Shown one piece after another: positions 60,991 to 64,000 of a stretch of DNA of 64,000 nt (the stretch's first letter is position 1; each line of letters opens with the position of its first letter). This stretch comes from Octopus sinensis. Lineage: Eukaryota. The notes under the pieces are model-generated. The model was not told the DNA's origin, searched no databases, and was given only the letters and a program-made list of their open reading frames with translations. The translations under genes and the position numbers were made by a program. Where the stretch lies: assembly GCF_006345805.1 (NCBI RefSeq), contig NC_042997.1, positions 97,712,001 through 97,776,000 of the forward strand. Direction: 5' to 3'.

Positions 60991-63113
60991 ACTTATAAAA
61001 GACAGTTCCAGTTAACAGGAGGCATTCATTTCGTAAATGGGATGATCGGATCACCAATGATCGTATTGTCTTTATCATAGTAAGATGGCATTCCTTTTCA
61101 GGCTGTTATTGATTATGACCAGAAATTACAGGGTTATTGCACAGTAAATGAAGTAACAAAATAGCTTAACCAGGAATTTAAATAGTGTTGCAGATTTAAT
61201 TGCCAGCATTTTATGGCTGCAAAGTTAAATCACTAGTCTAATGTCTACAATATATGTACAAACCTTTTTTCCATTGCATAACATATTTAATTAGGTAGTG
61301 GCATGCATCATCATTTATGTTGATTGTATCACTGTGATATTTCTGCAACTGTCACCCTCTTAAATTTCTTTAACAGTGTTGTTCTACCCACTCTCTACTG
61401 CCTTGTCACATTCTCCAGTTGCTGTAACACACTTTTGTCACCAGTTGCTGTAACACGTTTTTGTGTGAGCTGTCTCTCTTATATAACTAAGAAAATTTTA
61501 TTCTTATTTGTATCTTGAAAATCAGCTTTTTTTTATAATAAAAGGTATGAGGAGAATACAAAAGACTTTATGTAACTGCAATTAATTTCTATTTATGTAA
61601 TTGCTCATACGTCCAGTTACCAGACAGTAATTTCCATTTTTTTAATTGCTTTTCCCTTTATAGCAAAAGCAGTTATTGCTGTTCATGTTTGTTTTCTTTT
61701 TAACAAAGGAGGAATGATTTTATTTGTTGATTTAGATCAAGTTTTTTGTGAGAGTCTTGTGTGTGTGTTTCAAATTTTTAGCTTCGTCCTGATGTTTGAT
61801 AAATTAACTTCTTTTGCACAATGCTTTGTTGAAGTAATCTTCCTTTTTTTCTGTGCTCATTCTTAATGGAATTAATCATTCCTGATAGGATAAATAGTTG
61901 AAAATCTGTGTTCAGGCATGACTTTCTCTGCAAGTGTTGTGCAGGCAATGCATGTTATTTTAATATATTTCTTAGTTTTATTACACCATTGTTTCATCAA
62001 TAGTTACTGCTTTTTAAGTCAGCTAATTTTTGTGGATTAAAATGAATTATAGCATTTATTTTTGTCTTGGTTCCATTAGTGAAAATTTAACCAGGATTGA
62101 GATATATACTGTGTTCATTTAATTATTCCCTCATCCTATAAAAGTTGGCTTTCTACGTAGTCAAAATAAATCAATATTAACCCTTTAGCTCTGTTGCAGC
62201 ATGTTCTCTATTTTTAAAATAAGATTTTTTTAACCTGTTAGAAATGACAACCAAGTTTTCCTCAAATTACACCCTACAGTCTAAGAAAAGGACAATGTAC
62301 TAGGTAATGGTGGTCATGGAAGGAGTGTATCTGGAAGGTTAAAAGAAAAAATACGAGCATGTGCCGGTTGAAGAGGTAGCTGTGCAAGCACGAGCATATG
62401 TGAACAAAGCAGGGGTGTATATTCCTAGTGTGCTAGGTGTGTGCTGCCCATCCATCAAAAATGGCAAATTCATTATAAATATTAACTTATTAATTTAATC
62501 ACAAATCTTAAAACTTTTTTGTTATACCCTTGCTTGAAATTTGGTGGTATTGGGTGTGGCAGCATTCCCAATACAACCACCGTATGGCACTGGAACAAAA
62601 TCCTTCTGGTCAAAAATGGTATAGAGTAATTTGTAAGGAAAAATATTTATCAGAAAAAATTGTCTGAATTTAAGATGAGAGGTGTGGTGGTGAGGGGCCC
62701 CTCATGTCATGGCATGACTAGATAACAGGTCTGCACATTCTGAACTAGGATTTGAATGTAAAACCATGAAGGCCTTGGAGTAATGACTGCTGAAACAATA
62801 TATTATCCAGGTGAAAAATTTAAATCTTCTTCATGCAATGTATTGTAAAATTTTTCTAATTCAACAGAAATAAGGCTTCAGATTTATAGGGAAGTGAAAT
62901 AGGGGCCGACTTGAGATTTTTTTTCATTCACAAAAGCATTACCAGTGTAATTTATATGGAAAGAATGCATTAAAAAAAAAAAAAGTATCAAATACTCCTT
63001 TTAATAAGAATGGTGTTGATTTGAAAGATAAAAACACAGATTTCATAATCATTTAGTTTATTATTTGTGCAGTTATGTGTGACAATCCTTCAATGAAGCA
63101 TAATCACATTTTT

Positions 63114-63269
63114 GTGTGGTAAGAAGGTTGCTTCCCAGCCACATGGTCCTGGGTTCTGTCCCACTGCATAGCACCTTGGGCAAGTGCCTTCTGCTATAGT
63201 CTTGGACCAACCAAAGTTTTGTGAATAGATTTGATAGATGGAAACTGAAAGAAGTTTACTGTGTATGTA

Positions 63270-63302
<33 letters not shown>

Positions 63303-63493
63303 TTATATAATGTGCGTCTTTGTGTCTGTCCCACCATCACCACTTGACAACTGGTGTAACTTAGTGGTTTGGCAAAAGAGACCAATTGAATAAGTACTTG
63401 GCTTTAAAAAAGTCCTGGGGCTAATCTGTTCAAGTAAAACTCTTCAAGGTGGTGCTCCAGCATGGCTGCAGTCAAATGATTGAAACAAAAGAA
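63114..63493 (+). mobile_element. SINE family A, CpG-decayed
   Basis: Homologous to 15011-15467 with many CG>TG/CA changes. Confidence 0.85.
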
Positions 63494-63907
63494 TACTGTT
63501 TGTAAACCCCACCACCGCCATACCTCATCTTGAAACCAGACAATATTTTTCTTATCACTTTTGTTACAAGTTACTCTATACCTTTTCGTCCAGGTCTTTG
63601 TTCACATATGCTCATACCTATACAACCAGCTCTTCTTCTCTCTCACACCAGCTAGTATACCTCAAAAATGCTCAACCACCTTCTTTTCTCTCTTCAACTC
63701 TCTCTTTTCAATAAGTTAATTTAGTGCAGCCAGTGAATCCTATTCAATCTTCACTCAGCAAATCTTCCACATTCAGATTCAATTATGTCCATGTCCCACT
63801 ACTATTCACAAAAATTTCTTGTGTTATTGGGCAATCCCTCCAAATACTTCTATTTGAACAGATTTGTTGCAACACAGAAATTGCTCACTCAGGTAAAACA
63901 TGTTAAA

Positions 63908-64000
63908 GGTGGTGAGCTGGCAGAAGTGTTAGCACGCCAGGCGAAATGCTTACCAGTATTTCGTCTGCTGCTTCATTCTGAGTTCAAATTCTGCCAAGGT
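63908..64000 (+). mobile_element. SINE family B head (runs off the window)
   Basis: GGTGGTGAGCTGGCAGAAGTGTTAGCACGCC..GAGTTCAAATTC. Confidence 0.85.

Noticed and set aside
1033-63385. Many ORFs rich in YI, CV, HT, MYVC, LSIY or poly-T
   Set aside because: Translations of (TA)n, (TG)n, (TATG)n, (TATC)n and (CAA)n microsatellites or SINEs; not genes.

Overview
AT-rich animal genomic DNA, saturated with microsatellites, with one 100-N gap (6056-6155). The SINE families resemble those I recall from octopus genomes (inference; no search run). No intact host protein-coding gene can be supported; nearly all ORFs in the track are microsatellite or transposon artefacts. The first ~41 kb is a dense, nested TE field. 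It holds four tRNA-head SINE families (one with a Meta-like core), Penelope-like elements with a GIY-YIG endonuclease, a near-intact pogo (DD35D) transposon, several mariners, RTE and CR1/Jockey-type LINE fragments and many MITEs. A CpG-retaining unique region at ~43-47.5 kb with promoter-like motifs is followed by a CpG-depleted, T-skewed region (47.7-64 kb) that looks like a methylated gene body. The most notable observations are: (1) a 1.7-kb retroposon encoding only a CCHC zinc-knuckle ORF1 (no RT), inserted with a 13-15 bp TSD into the tRNA head of a SINE (HAL1/Tx1-like); (2) short repeats carrying minimal hammerhead ribozyme motifs with a variant core; (3) a U6 snRNA 3' fragment abutting a SINE head; (4) a direct-repeat-flanked non-coding element nested in a SINE; and (5) (TA)n tracts used repeatedly as insertion sites. 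Coordinates were read by eye and may be off by a few bases.
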